Numbered from the stretch's first letter, positions 18,069 through 28,562 are shown. The stretch is 64,000 nt of DNA from Spirochaetota bacterium (GCA_963663865.1 OY760686.1:2208001-2272000); one strand, 5' to 3'. Made by a program: numbers and translations. The notes: generated by a model not told the origin, from the sequence alone.

Positions 18069-20681
18069 CTATTTATTCATCCCGAGGGTCTTTGATACTA
18101 TCTCGTAGGCGTTTTTTGAAAGCCCCGGGCCAGCAAGAACATCTTCGAGGGCTTTACGCATTTCAAGCCTTCTTGCCTCATCAAGCCTTCCATACATTTT
18201 AAATGATCCGGCAAGCATTGACGACATTGACGGGTTTATGGGGTCAATCTCTTTGATTTTTTCAGCGATATACCTGTAACCATCACCGCGTTGAGAGTTA
18301 AATCTCAGCTGATTTTTTGAAAATGTAACAAGCAGCGATCTTACGATATTTGGCACTTTAACATTGTAAGCGCTGTCCAATTCGAGCTGCTTTACTTTAT
18401 CAAGCGTTCCAGGAAGCGAAGATGCAGCCTGGACAGCAAACCACTTGTTCATGACCAGCATATTATCTTGCCACTTTTCCCTGAAGATGGAAAGGCATTC
18501 CAGAGACACCGGGCTGTCAATACCGGCAAGCACCCTGAGTGAACCTATGCTGTCCGTCATATTCCCGGCATTCAGAAAGTGATCTTTACACAACTCAATT
18601 GATTCGACGCTGTTCAACTCGGATATATATTCAAGACAGCGGAGCCTCAGCGATCTTCTGCCGATACTCTCCATATCTGGAGAATATGCTGAATCATCCT
18701 CAAGTTCACGGTACAGTTTGAGCAGGCTGTCTCTGAAATTATGCGCTACAGCTGATTTCAGTGAACGCCTTGCAGCATGTACAGCCTCGAAGTCAACAGG
18801 GTTCATTTCCTGACAGATAAGCTGCTCAGAGGGCAGAAGCAGAGCGAGGGCCTTAAATGAATTATCGATATTTTTATCTTCGATAACTGATCCGTACGCC
18901 TGCAATAGCGAGTCCGGATATACGGCCCCGCCGCCTCTGCTAAAGGCCTCTACCGCGCTCCGAAGCGATTTGAGCGCGGCACTCTGACCCGCGTCCCATC
19001 TGCAGAATGAATCGCTGTCATTAGCGAACAAAAAGCGTAGCTCATCATCGCCGTGCCCTGATTTAACCTTGACAGGCGCTGTAAAACCACGATTGACTGA
19101 CAGCGCCGGCCTCTGTTGTATATTGTTAAAAATAAATGTCTGCTCATTTTCCATGAGGTGGATAAGGCCTTCATTCGGCAGATCAGCCTCGCCGTTATCG
19201 TATAGAAGTCCAATTTTTATTGGAATATGCAGCGGTTCAGCATCCGGAGGATACCGCCTGTCAGAGTTCTGCTGCCTGAGCTTCAGCGTGTAAGCTTTTT
19301 TCTCAGTGTCATAGCTGCCGTCGACACACAGGACGGGCGTGCCTGCTCTCCCGTACCATCTCCTGAATACGCTGAGATCGATACCGGAAGCATCCTGCAT
19401 GGCATCTACAAAGTCGTCGCATGTTACAGCTCTGCCGTCATGCCTTTCAAAATAGAGCTTCATCCCCCCCATGAACCTCTCCTCACCAAGCATGGTGTGA
19501 ATCATTCTTATAACCTCAGCCCCTTTTTCGTACACTGTCCGGGTGTAGAAGTTGTTTATCTCAATATAGCTGTCGGGACGCACTGGATGTGAATTTGGTC
19601 CGGCGTCTTCCTCGAACTGGTCGGCCCTCAGCGAATCCACGTCCATTATTCTGTTCACAGTCGGCGACTGGACGTCCGCTGAGAATTCCTGATCGCGAAA
19701 CACGGTAAGCCCCTCTTTGAGCGTGAGCTGAAACCAGTCACGGCAGGTTACCCGGTTGCCTGTCCAGTTATGAAAGTATTCGTGTGCGATTACGCTCTCA
19801 ATGCCGAGGTAGTCAGAGTCGGTGGCTGTTTCGGGAGCCGCAAGAACATAGGATGAGTTAAAGATATTGAGTCCCTTGTTCTCCATCGCGCCCATATTAA
19901 ATGAATCAGCAGCCACTATAGAATAGGTATCAAGATCGTATTCAAGACCGAATCTTTCTTCATCCCACTTCATGGCCTTTTTTAGCGAAGCCATCGCGTG
20001 AAAGCATCTGTCCGCGTTGCCCCTGTCAGAGTATATGTTAAGCTCAATTCTTCTTCCGCCGCGGGTAGTAAAGCTGTCAGAGATTCGGTCCAGGTCGCCG
20101 GCGACAACCGCGAACAGATATGACGGCTTTGGAAACGGATCCACGTAGACAACAGAGTGTTTTCCGCCCGGAAGCTCTGTTTCTGAAATCCTGTTGCCGT
20201 TAGAAAGAAGTACCGGATAGTTTTTCTTGTCCGCGATAAGCTCCACCGCGAACCGCGTCATATTGTCCGGCCTGTCGATAGAGTAAGTTATACGCCTGAA
20301 GCCTTCAGGTTCATTCTGGGTGCAGAACATGCTTCCTGACATGTACAGCCCTTCGAGCGCTGTGTTCTCAGAGGGATTAATCTCTACAAACGTTGTTACT
20401 TGAAACTTATCTGCGTCTATATTGAGAACAAGCTCCCTGTCATTTACCGTGTACTCTCCATTCTTAAGCTTTTTCCCGTCAATGCTGACTTCAATAAGCT
20501 TCATGCATTCGCCGCTTAGAACCAGCGGGGAATGCTGTTTACTTTTGTTTCTTTCAAGCGACAAAACGCTTCTTATCAGCGTCGACTCTGGATTAAGCTC
20601 AAAAGACATTCTTATTTCAGGAGTATAGTAATCCGGTTCAGTGTAATCCTCTCTGTGTATTGTCCTATGGTTTGTTTTCAT
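18069..20681 (-). CDS. pepN: Aminopeptidase N (M1 family)
   Basis: CTQNEPEGFRRI, GAMENKGLNIFN, HEYFHNWTGNRVTCRDWFQLTLKEG, VYEKGAEV. Confidence 0.97.
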   Translation of the reverse strand: MKTNHRTIHREDYTEPDYYTPEIRMSFELNPESTLIRSVLSLERNKSKQHSPLVLSGECMKLIEVSIDGKKLKNGEYTVNDRELVLNIDADKFQVTTFVEINPSENTALEGLYMSGSMFCTQNEPEGFRRITYSIDRPDNMTRFAVELIADKKNYPVLLSNGNRISETELPGGKHSVVYVDPFPKPSYLFAVVAGDLDRISDSFTTRGGRRIELNIYSDRGNADRCFHAMASLKKAMKWDEERFGLEYDLDTYSIVAADSFNMGAMENKGLNIFNSSYVLAAPETATDSDYLGIESVIAHEYFHNWTGNRVTCRDWFQLTLKEGLTVFRDQEFSADVQSPTVNRIMDVDSLRADQFEEDAGPNSHPVRPDSYIEINNFYTRTVYEKGAEVIRMIHTMLGEERFMGGMKLYFERHDGRAVTCDDFVDAMQDASGIDLSVFRRWYGRAGTPVLCVDGSYDTEKKAYTLKLRQQNSDRRYPPDAEPLHIPIKIGLLYDNGEADLPNEGLIHLMENEQTFIFNNIQQRPALSVNRGFTAPVKVKSGHGDDELRFLFANDSDSFCRWDAGQSAALKSLRSAVEAFSRGGGAVYPDSLLQAYGSVIEDKNIDNSFKALALLLPSEQLICQEMNPVDFEAVHAARRSLKSAVAHNFRDSLLKLYRELEDDSAYSPDMESIGRRSLRLRCLEYISELNSVESIELCKDHFLNAGNMTDSIGSLRVLAGIDSPVSLECLSIFREKWQDNMLVMNKWFAVQAASSLPGTLDKVKQLELDSAYNVKVPNIVRSLLVTFSKNQLRFNSQRGDGYRYIAEKIKEIDPINPSMSSMLAGSFKMYGRLDEARRLEMRKALEDVLAGPGLSKNAYEIVSKTLGMNK

Positions 20682-20966
20682 TGATGTATCCCTGTAAATA
20701 GTTGCTCAAGACTTTTCCCATACTACTGACAGCTCTCCATTTTGTCAGTAAAAACAATGTTATATTTTGGCATTTTTTTTGTTTTATCCTTGCCGATTGA
20801 GTTTTTTTAATATATATTCGTGGGATTTGTTTTCAGGATCAATAATCTTTGGAAGCTGAATTTTCTCACACTTTTGTTTCCACTTCGGAATTTAATCATA
20901 CCGGCCGGGAACATGACTACAGGGATTATCGGACTTGAAAATGAAATTTTTCCAGGAGGCTGTTAA

Positions 20967-21494
20967 ATGAAATCATCAAACTTAGAGAATATTCAAAAGG
21001 ACCTCAAAAAGATCCGTTCCGCGGCCGCAATTATTCTCCGCGAACTTGAGGTTGACGATATCAGGCATAAGCTTGAGACTCTGAAAAAACTTGAAGGACT
21101 GCCTGAGCTGCCGGTTGACAGCGTAACGAGAGAGCTAAAAGAATACGCCGAAACAAGGGACGTTTACAAGCGCCTTTACACGTCTTGCGCGAGGACCATT
21201 ATGACAATCATATCTTCGAATTTTTTAACCGGGACAGGAGATCCGGCAAACTCCTTTAACTACTCTGAACCCCTCGCGCCCCTGCAGGCTGCACAGATGA
21301 TTGCGTTCCTTCCAAAGGCATATATGGGAGGCCCGATAAAGGCAGCAGCGGCAAGCCAGTTTCCGAATGTCCGCGATAAGGCCGCGGAATTCTACGACAG
21401 CCTGCCCCATGAGATGAAGTACTCCGGCTCTTTCCCTCCCGGATTCAGGAATTACATAAGAACCCTCAAGTCAACAGCAGCGGCTCACAACTGA
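20967..21494 (+). CDS. Hypothetical protein
   Basis: 175-aa ORF with AGGAGG RBS; no recognisable motif. Confidence 0.75.
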   Translation: MKSSNLENIQKDLKKIRSAAAIILRELEVDDIRHKLETLKKLEGLPELPVDSVTRELKEYAETRDVYKRLYTSCARTIMTIISSNFLTGTGDPANSFNYSEPLAPLQAAQMIAFLPKAYMGGPIKAAAASQFPNVRDKAAEFYDSLPHEMKYSGSFPPGFRNYIRTLKSTAAAHN

Positions 21495-21700
21495 GCCGCT
21501 TTTCTTTTGGCAACTTGTAAAAAAAACATTTATAAAGTAAATTTTGCTTGCCATTTTATATTTAAACTTTAATAATTTACAGTTATCTTTATCAGCAGTC
21601 CGCTGATAAACGCAGCAACTTTTCGGAGGTATATAAAGCATCAGATATTCATTTAAGGATTAGGCGTTGTTGTTATTAAAAAAAGCAAAGGAGCAAATCC

Positions 21701-21913
21701 ATGACCGAACAGCAATTACTTACCGATCTTGCAGTTGCCGAAAGAAACATGAAGCGCAAATCGAGCATTTACAGCATAGATTTTTTTAAGAATGTTACTG
21801 ATGCTTTCAAAATGACCCGGACGAACTCCTTTGCAGACCTGATAAAAACAGATCCGCAAAAGGCACTCGCCCTCAGAGATCTTGCAGTGAAGGAAAAGCT
21901 TCTAAGGCCATAG
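21701..21913 (+). CDS. Small hypothetical protein
   Basis: 70-aa ORF, AAGGAG RBS, converges on the A2M gene. Confidence 0.7.
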   Translation: MTEQQLLTDLAVAERNMKRKSSIYSIDFFKNVTDAFKMTRTNSFADLIKTDPQKALALRDLAVKEKLLRP

Positions 21914-21914
21914 G

Positions 21915-24900
21915 TCAGTCCTTTTCCCTTACTTCAATCAGGGCAGGCTTCGACCAGCCCTGAACTGACGGTTCGTACATACACTCCATCCGGGCAGGCC
22001 GCGCCATGTAGATGCCCGGCAGCTCGGCGCGTATGGTGTAGCCGATTTCATAGACCTCGCCTTTTTTAAGACTGTGTAGAAAGTATATTACCCTGTTATC
22101 CCACCGCTCAGCCCTGAATTCTCCAGCACCAAATGCGTCAGTGTCCGCAACCTCAAATCCCGACGGCAGAAAATCCTCCAGCATCAGATATTCAAAATCA
22201 TCCTGCGCGGTGAATCTAAGCTTAACCAAAATCTCTTCACCCACATCCGCAGCCCCTTCTGAAGGCGAAGGAACCAGATACTCTCGGCTTGAGATATCTT
22301 TCACTCTTGTGAGAGACTCAAAGGTTCTGACGAGACTAATTCCGTTTGAAAGCGAGTCAAGCGCGCCCTTCTCACCTCCGGAAAGCGACTGCATCAGTCC
22401 TTTTTTGAAGTAGAGGGTGCCGCTTACAACCGCTTCATAGGCTATTCCCTCAGCGCCCTTTCCTTGAGCGACAACGGTTAATTTCTGCGGATTAATCTTA
22501 TCGGTCAAATCAACCACTGCCGTCAGTGCTGAGGCAGCTGATCTAACAGCGGGATCATAGCTTATCGAAGCTGCATCCCTTCCATTTAACTTAAACTGTG
22601 CTATAAACGGCCTTCCAGCCGATACACCGGCTTTTTCCAGATACTCGCACGCTGAATATATAACCAGCGACGTCTCGCGGGTCGATGACCAGCGCCCCTC
22701 TCTGCTTTCGGCCATAAGGGTTGACATTGCCCCCGCCGGAAGCTCTCTCTCGCCGGCCGAGACGAGAGCGCGCATTGCCCTTGCCGTTATTTCAGTCTTT
22801 CCGCCTGGCCATCCGTACCTCTGGCCACCAACAGCTTCCCAGTATATTCCTGAGCCGTCCTTTTTGACAAGGGATATGAGCTCCTTCACAAGCCGCCTGT
22901 AATCGTCTTTTAGTTCAGCCGCATCCCCGTTCTTATTATTAATTCCTTTTCCTCCTACCCTGGACGACAGGGCTGAAAGAAGCATTGAAGCGCCATACGG
23001 ATTCTTAGAGACGGATTTGCTCAGCGAGGCGTAAGCCTTATCGTCCCACTTGCCGTAAAGCGAAACAGCATAAAGAAGATATGCCCTCTCATCAATCCGC
23101 TTAGGGTCAAGGTCTGAGAGCATTCTGCCGGCAGCCTGAAGGCCGTCCTTAAGTGTGACGATGTTCACCGAGTGGCCCTCCCGCGAAGCCGCGTACAGGG
23201 ATTCAAGCACAAACCCTGTTAAAAAGGCGTTTCCTCTGTCACCTGACCACCAGCCCCAGCTGCCGTCGCTGTTCTGAATTGTTGTGATTCTGCGAAGCCC
23301 TGCGGCGGTCTTTTCTTTAACCTTTGCGACGTCAGCTTCATCCGCTAAATGCAGAAGATTGGTTTTTTTCAAAAATGAATGCAGCCTCATAACGGGCATG
23401 AAGCTGTTTACTGTTTGCTCAACACAGCCATAAGGGTACCTTATGAGATAGCCGGATGACTCTACAAGTTTTATCAGAGGCGTAGGGCTTACAGATATCT
23501 TCAAGGTTTCCGGAACAAAGTCAAAACCGGAAATATCCCTGACAGACTCCAGCTTCAGCTCAGAGGCTCCGATGACTCCTGTTCCCTGTATCTTATACAG
23601 TGAACCACGGCGCTCAACTGGTATAGTGATTTTAACAGCATCTGAAACACCGCTGCCGGCATCGGCTGTGTATTGCATGTCCACTGCCTTCGGGCCTGAC
23701 GGCACTTCAAATCTGAAGAGCTCCCGCGCCGCTCCGAACGGCGGAAGGCTCATTCGAACCTCTTTTGCAGGCTTGAGTTTTGATCCGGCAAGTCTCATAT
23801 CAGTCCCGATCTGAGTCATTCCAGCAGAAGTGTTGCTGTTCACCAGGCCGAGGCATGACGCGCTGTCGCCCTCAACCATGAAGCGCGGACTTCCGATTCT
23901 GGCGATAAGGTCCTGTGTACACTTAAACTTTCTCTTCGTCTCACCCATCCTTCCCGATTTATCATGCCCTCTTGCTGTTATGCGCCAGGTAGTCAGATTG
24001 TCGGGCAGCTTAAAGCTCACGGCGGCCCGGCCGTCTTTGCCTGTACGCACGCGGGGATTCCAGTATGCTGTATCCTCAAACTTTTCGCGGACCTTGATTT
24101 TACCGTCCTTGCCCGCTCCGGCGAGCACATTTACCGGATATGAGTACGTGGTAAGTACCCAGTTTGATATTTTTGAATAGAAGAAGTCTCTCATGTGCGG
24201 AGTAAAATCACTGCGAATACTGTAAATGGCCTCATCAACAACTCCTATCGATATGTCAGAGGAAACCGGCATGCCCTCCCCGCTCAAGGTCCTGACATTA
24301 ATTTTTACTGTTTCACCGGGCAGGTAGCTCTCTCTGTCTGGTTCCGCTGTAACTTCAAGCTCTGTTCCCTCAACCGGGATGGACACCTCTGATGATGCCG
24401 TAAAGAGGGCACGCTTCTGCTGAAGTATAGCCGAAACATAGAAGTTCGGCGCCCAATCCTGCCTCGCGTGAATTACAACGGGCATTACATTGCCCTTCAT
24501 GCGAACAACTTTCGACCAGTAAATATCCTTACCCTCAGCTGTAAGAAGGACGTGGGCGTCAGGGTAGCGTGTCTTCAGAAGGCAGGTGATGTCTCCGTCG
24601 GTTTTAAGCTCATTAGTACTCAGCTCCATTTCAAGGTTTTTAAATCGGCTGTCGACCCTGCCTCCGTGAGGGTGATAAACCCACACCACCCTTGAAGCTG
24701 TAATGCGGTTTCCCCTTTTATCAAACCCGCTGACTATAATATCGTATTCACCATAACGGCTGAAGTCCTTCGTTATATTAATATCCGCCGAACCTTTTGA
24801 ATCAGTCGTGATTTTACCCGAAAATACCGGACGGCTGTCATGAACGTAGACCCTCTGATACGGCTTCCAGATATAGGGGTACATCTCAACCTTGAGATCG

Positions 24901-27248
24901 GCCCTGACCGGCTGGCCGGCCTGGTTCAGTGTTTTAAACGCAATTTTTTTGCCGGCCCCGGCCTCAAAGAAGTTTGCCTCAGGATCAACCTTTATATAGT
25001 ACTCGCCTCTTCCGACACGCACAGAGGCAGAGGATGTAATACTGACATTTGATGAATCTGTCACAGTCACTTCAACCCTCACCTCCCTGTCATAGGGATA
25101 GTTGCCTGCCTCAAGCTTCAATGAAGCCATGCCGTTTTCGTTGAGATACTTCTGGCCGTCAAGCCTCAGGCGGCTGTAGCCGGAGGAGCCGGAATCGTCC
25201 TCTTCCCACCAGTATGTGGTCTCGCTGTCCTTCAGGCGGGTTTCGTAAAACCGGTAGCGCATAACAGAGTCTTTTACAGGAGCTCCGAAGAAGTATTTGG
25301 CGTCGACCCTGAACTCGATATCATCCCCATTAATAAAGAACTCCTTAACCGGAGAGGCTTCGACCTTGAACTCGGGTTTCCGGTACTGTTCGGCATAGAA
25401 CCTTCCCGACGCGTAGAGGTTTTTTTCAGCAGGCCCCGCCTGAATAACATAGGCGCCAAGTCCCCAGTCAGCCTCAAGCCTGACCGTGGAAGACCATGCG
25501 CCCCACTCGTCAAGAGTCCCCTGCCCCTCTAAAACCGTACGGCCATTGCCGGTATTTACTATTTTGAAATAAACCGGGGCCGGTTTCATGGGCACAAAAA
25601 GACCTGCAGCCTGTTTGCCTACAACCTTGAAATGTACGGTGTCGCCGGAGCGGTAAACCGGCCTTTCAGTGTATATCATGTACTTGTTTTTTTCCTTCTC
25701 GAATGCCGAAGCCGATCCGGTATTGCATATCGCGTAGCTGCCGTCAGGCGACACTGCGAGCACCGAAAGCCTCTCAGCGCTGCCCAGCGTGAAGGCACAG
25801 GTTCCGCTGCTGTCAGTCACTGATCTTCTTAAAACCCTGTACGGCAGATCTTCAATATTCTCAGGATTGGTTGTTTTTTTTCGTTTGCTTCCCGGATCGA
25901 AAACAAGCACTGAAGCCTTTTCAAGGGGTTTGCTTTCAACAAGGTCGGTCGCGTAAACGAACACTCCGCCGGGGGTCCGCTTCGTTACGATGCCAATTGA
26001 TGTCACAGTAAAAAAGCGCCGCTGGTAGAGCCTGCCTGCGCCTCTGATATCAATACAGTATCCGCCGGTTGGCAGGGCCTCCTTGATTGAAAGAGTGCTG
26101 TACATCCAATCATAGGGTTTAAATCTTTCGATCGGCTCCTCCCATGAGGCAACCTTTTTAAAGCCGCGTGCATCATCTCCGGCACCATAGCTGAAATTGT
26201 CTCCTCCCGCAATTGACGCCGGCGGAACGCTGTAGACCGTTACGTTAACAGTCTCAAGCCTGATAGTCCTCAGGCTGAACTCAAGCTTGTTTCCCGGGGC
26301 AAAGGTGTACCTGTAAGAATGGAGGTGAGCCTCAGGATTTCGTGGCTCTGCTGTAAAATTGCTGTCTTTTATCTCAACACCTTCAGTTAAATTAATATCA
26401 ATCTTTTTATCGCATGTAAATCCCTGGTGGGTCATATACAGCTCATATCTGCCGGGCTTAAGGTCTTCAATAATGTATGTTCCGTCGTCAAATGTCTGAG
26501 CCGAATGATATTCCCGGCCTCTGGCCGTCACCCTGATTCCGGGGGCGGGAATATTAAGGCCTCCTATCATGACCTTGCCGCTGATGGCCGAAGGTCTGTA
26601 CAGCTTCATTGGCAGTTTGGTCTTTTCTCCCGCTTTCACTGAGTCAAGAGAAGCCGTCTCGGTTATATGCCCTGCCTTTGCAAACGAGAGGCTGTACGCG
26701 CCGGATGGCAGCCTTCCGAACCTGTAACTGCCGTCATCATTTGTTATGTAGAATTCAGGCTTTGATGAGCTGTAGGCCCCATAGCCCCTGTTGAGCCTGA
26801 CCTCGGCGCCCTTTACCGGTTTTCCAGAGGAATCAGTCACGGCACCTTCAATTACGGCTTCCGGTGCAAGGCTGATCTTGATATGCCCCGGTGTTATTAT
26901 GCCTTCGGAATTGTAGTCTACATAGCTTTCAGCCTGAACAGCCATGACATATTTAATGCTCTTTATAAATCCGGTTATCTCGAAGACTCCATCGCTTCCG
27001 GAAAGGGCTTTGTAGTAGCCCACGCCCATGTTGGCGTTCTTTATCTCTACGGCCGCTCCTGAGATGCCCCTGCCGGTGACTGAATCAACGACCCTGCCTG
27101 TTATAGTTTCCGAACTGGACAGCTCACTGCCGCCGCCGTAAACGCGTGTGCCGTCCTTTCTGACTTTAATATCCGTTCCGGCACAGGAAACTGCCGCAAA
27201 TAAAAGCAGCATAAATCCAGCGGTTTTCATCCTGTCGGCTGTTCTCAT
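21915..27248 (-). CDS. Alpha-2-macroglobulin family lipoprotein with N-terminal carboxypeptidase-regulatory/Cna-B-like repeats
   Basis: Lipobox FAAVSC, ITGRVVDS/IEGAVTDSSGKPV repeats, YTERPVYRSGD (MG2), YRKPEF, LPDNLTTWR, thioester motif YPYGCVEQ, QNSDGSWGWW, D.LPSGFE, MYEP. Confidence 0.95.
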   Translation of the reverse strand: MRTADRMKTAGFMLLLFAAVSCAGTDIKVRKDGTRVYGGGSELSSSETITGRVVDSVTGRGISGAAVEIKNANMGVGYYKALSGSDGVFEITGFIKSIKYVMAVQAESYVDYNSEGIITPGHIKISLAPEAVIEGAVTDSSGKPVKGAEVRLNRGYGAYSSSKPEFYITNDDGSYRFGRLPSGAYSLSFAKAGHITETASLDSVKAGEKTKLPMKLYRPSAISGKVMIGGLNIPAPGIRVTARGREYHSAQTFDDGTYIIEDLKPGRYELYMTHQGFTCDKKIDINLTEGVEIKDSNFTAEPRNPEAHLHSYRYTFAPGNKLEFSLRTIRLETVNVTVYSVPPASIAGGDNFSYGAGDDARGFKKVASWEEPIERFKPYDWMYSTLSIKEALPTGGYCIDIRGAGRLYQRRFFTVTSIGIVTKRTPGGVFVYATDLVESKPLEKASVLVFDPGSKRKKTTNPENIEDLPYRVLRRSVTDSSGTCAFTLGSAERLSVLAVSPDGSYAICNTGSASAFEKEKNKYMIYTERPVYRSGDTVHFKVVGKQAAGLFVPMKPAPVYFKIVNTGNGRTVLEGQGTLDEWGAWSSTVRLEADWGLGAYVIQAGPAEKNLYASGRFYAEQYRKPEFKVEASPVKEFFINGDDIEFRVDAKYFFGAPVKDSVMRYRFYETRLKDSETTYWWEEDDSGSSGYSRLRLDGQKYLNENGMASLKLEAGNYPYDREVRVEVTVTDSSNVSITSSASVRVGRGEYYIKVDPEANFFEAGAGKKIAFKTLNQAGQPVRADLKVEMYPYIWKPYQRVYVHDSRPVFSGKITTDSKGSADINITKDFSRYGEYDIIVSGFDKRGNRITASRVVWVYHPHGGRVDSRFKNLEMELSTNELKTDGDITCLLKTRYPDAHVLLTAEGKDIYWSKVVRMKGNVMPVVIHARQDWAPNFYVSAILQQKRALFTASSEVSIPVEGTELEVTAEPDRESYLPGETVKINVRTLSGEGMPVSSDISIGVVDEAIYSIRSDFTPHMRDFFYSKISNWVLTTYSYPVNVLAGAGKDGKIKVREKFEDTAYWNPRVRTGKDGRAAVSFKLPDNLTTWRITARGHDKSGRMGETKRKFKCTQDLIARIGSPRFMVEGDSASCLGLVNSNTSAGMTQIGTDMRLAGSKLKPAKEVRMSLPPFGAARELFRFEVPSGPKAVDMQYTADAGSGVSDAVKITIPVERRGSLYKIQGTGVIGASELKLESVRDISGFDFVPETLKISVSPTPLIKLVESSGYLIRYPYGCVEQTVNSFMPVMRLHSFLKKTNLLHLADEADVAKVKEKTAAGLRRITTIQNSDGSWGWWSGDRGNAFLTGFVLESLYAASREGHSVNIVTLKDGLQAAGRMLSDLDPKRIDERAYLLYAVSLYGKWDDKAYASLSKSVSKNPYGASMLLSALSSRVGGKGINNKNGDAAELKDDYRRLVKELISLVKKDGSGIYWEAVGGQRYGWPGGKTEITARAMRALVSAGERELPAGAMSTLMAESREGRWSSTRETSLVIYSACEYLEKAGVSAGRPFIAQFKLNGRDAASISYDPAVRSAASALTAVVDLTDKINPQKLTVVAQGKGAEGIAYEAVVSGTLYFKKGLMQSLSGGEKGALDSLSNGISLVRTFESLTRVKDISSREYLVPSPSEGAADVGEEILVKLRFTAQDDFEYLMLEDFLPSGFEVADTDAFGAGEFRAERWDNRVIYFLHSLKKGEVYEIGYTIRAELPGIYMARPARMECMYEPSVQGWSKPALIEVREKD

Positions 27249-27249
27249 T

Positions 27250-27855
27250 TCACAACTCCTCTTTTCCCTTTTTGATGATCAGAGTAAACGCTCTGAAGGC
27301 ATATATTGAACTATCCCCTGTCCGGGGTGAAATCTTCTCGAGATACTCATGCGTCTTTATCTCTGCGGGAACGTACACAGTTGAAGTTCCGGAAGTCCCT
27401 TGAAAAACAACTCCAAAAGTTTTAATATTTACCGAGGATAAATCTCTCACCGGAACCGGCCTCTCCGCGACCGTAATGATGATCTCTGAGTCCGACAGCT
27501 CTTCAAGCTTCAGGGGCTCATACCTGGGGTCACACCTCAATGCGCCGTGAAGGTATTCGCGAATGACTTCATCCGTGCTTCCCGATGGATAAAATGAGCC
27601 GTAGCATCCCCTCACCCGGCCCCGATACCTGATAGTGACGAAAAGCCCCGACTCAGCCGCCGGGAGCTCCGGTCCGGAGTACCCCGGTACATCACCACGA
27701 ATTATTCCTTCCGCGGCTTCGTAAAGCCAGCATCGAAAACCGATGAACGCGGTGCTGTCTTCGAGGGGCTTCCACTCCGAACGGACATCCTCAGCTGCCG
27801 CCGAAGTGGTAAGCATAACCGCTGCGAGGAGCATTATCCACCCCTTGATTTTCAT
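27250..27855 (-). CDS. AMMECR1-domain protein with a predicted signal peptide
   Basis: GLFVTI...VRGCYGS...ALRCDPRYEPL...EL (AMMECR1 RGC and DPR motifs); N-terminus MKIKGWIMLLAAVMLTTSAAA. Confidence 0.85.
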   Translation of the reverse strand: MKIKGWIMLLAAVMLTTSAAAEDVRSEWKPLEDSTAFIGFRCWLYEAAEGIIRGDVPGYSGPELPAAESGLFVTIRYRGRVRGCYGSFYPSGSTDEVIREYLHGALRCDPRYEPLKLEELSDSEIIITVAERPVPVRDLSSVNIKTFGVVFQGTSGTSTVYVPAEIKTHEYLEKISPRTGDSSIYAFRAFTLIIKKGKEEL

Positions 27856-28562
27856 TGATACCTCACTGGCGGGTAGAAGTCACGGTATAAAAGCGAACGG
27901 TCAATCAGCTTTTCTCCCCTGTAGCGGTTGCGGAAAACCAGAACTGTGATGCCGTTGCGAATATTCTCATCATCGCCGAAGGGTATCTGCATGTGCTCTT
28001 CTTCAGTTTCAACACGGTATGTAAACTTAAACGGGCCGGGGGACACAATCATTGCTGTAAGTGTATTGCCGGTAAGATTCATGTGAATAGTTATATCGTG
28101 ATCAGATATGTTTTTAATTTTGAGATCCTTCTTGCCGTAAAGGATCGTGGCGTCAAGGCCAAGGGGCACATAGCTGACCGGCTGATAGTGGCGGTGTCTT
28201 TCGACGATCGACAGCCCGGAGTTTATTAACGCGTTAAACAGCGTTGACGAGACCTGGCATACACCGCCTCCGGGCTCCATACGAAGCGTATCGGCGTAAA
28301 GTACAGCCCCGTCCACAAAGCCGTTTTCCGCTGAAGCCTCGCCCGCCACCGCGTTGAACGAGAATACTGAGCCGGAACGTACGACTGTTCCGTCGACCTT
28401 TGAAGCAGCCAGCTGAATGTTGCGCTTTACTCCCGGGGCCTGTCCATTAACCGACGTTGCGAAGGAGGCTATGATGACCATGCCGTCCTCTTGACCGGGA
28501 ACCGGATATGAATACAGGGCGGCCGAGGAGAACACTACGATAATAAAAATAATACGTGTCAT
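27852..28562 (-). CDS. VanW family protein (short, exported)
   Basis: NIQLAASKVDG...FSFN, GGGVCQVSSTLFNA, ERHRH, YVPLGLDAT, DLKIKN; hydrophobic N-terminus from ATG 28562. Confidence 0.92.
   Translation of the reverse strand: MTRIIFIIVVFSSAALYSYPVPGQEDGMVIIASFATSVNGQAPGVKRNIQLAASKVDGTVVRSGSVFSFNAVAGEASAENGFVDGAVLYADTLRMEPGGGVCQVSSTLFNALINSGLSIVERHRHYQPVSYVPLGLDATILYGKKDLKIKNISDHDITIHMNLTGNTLTAMIVSPGPFKFTYRVETEEEHMQIPFGDDENIRNGITVLVFRNRYRGEKLIDRSLLYRDFYPPVRYQ

Noticed and set aside
20820-20966. Known riboswitch (c-di-GMP, SAM, TPP) in the long leader
   Set aside because: No conserved core motifs recognisable.
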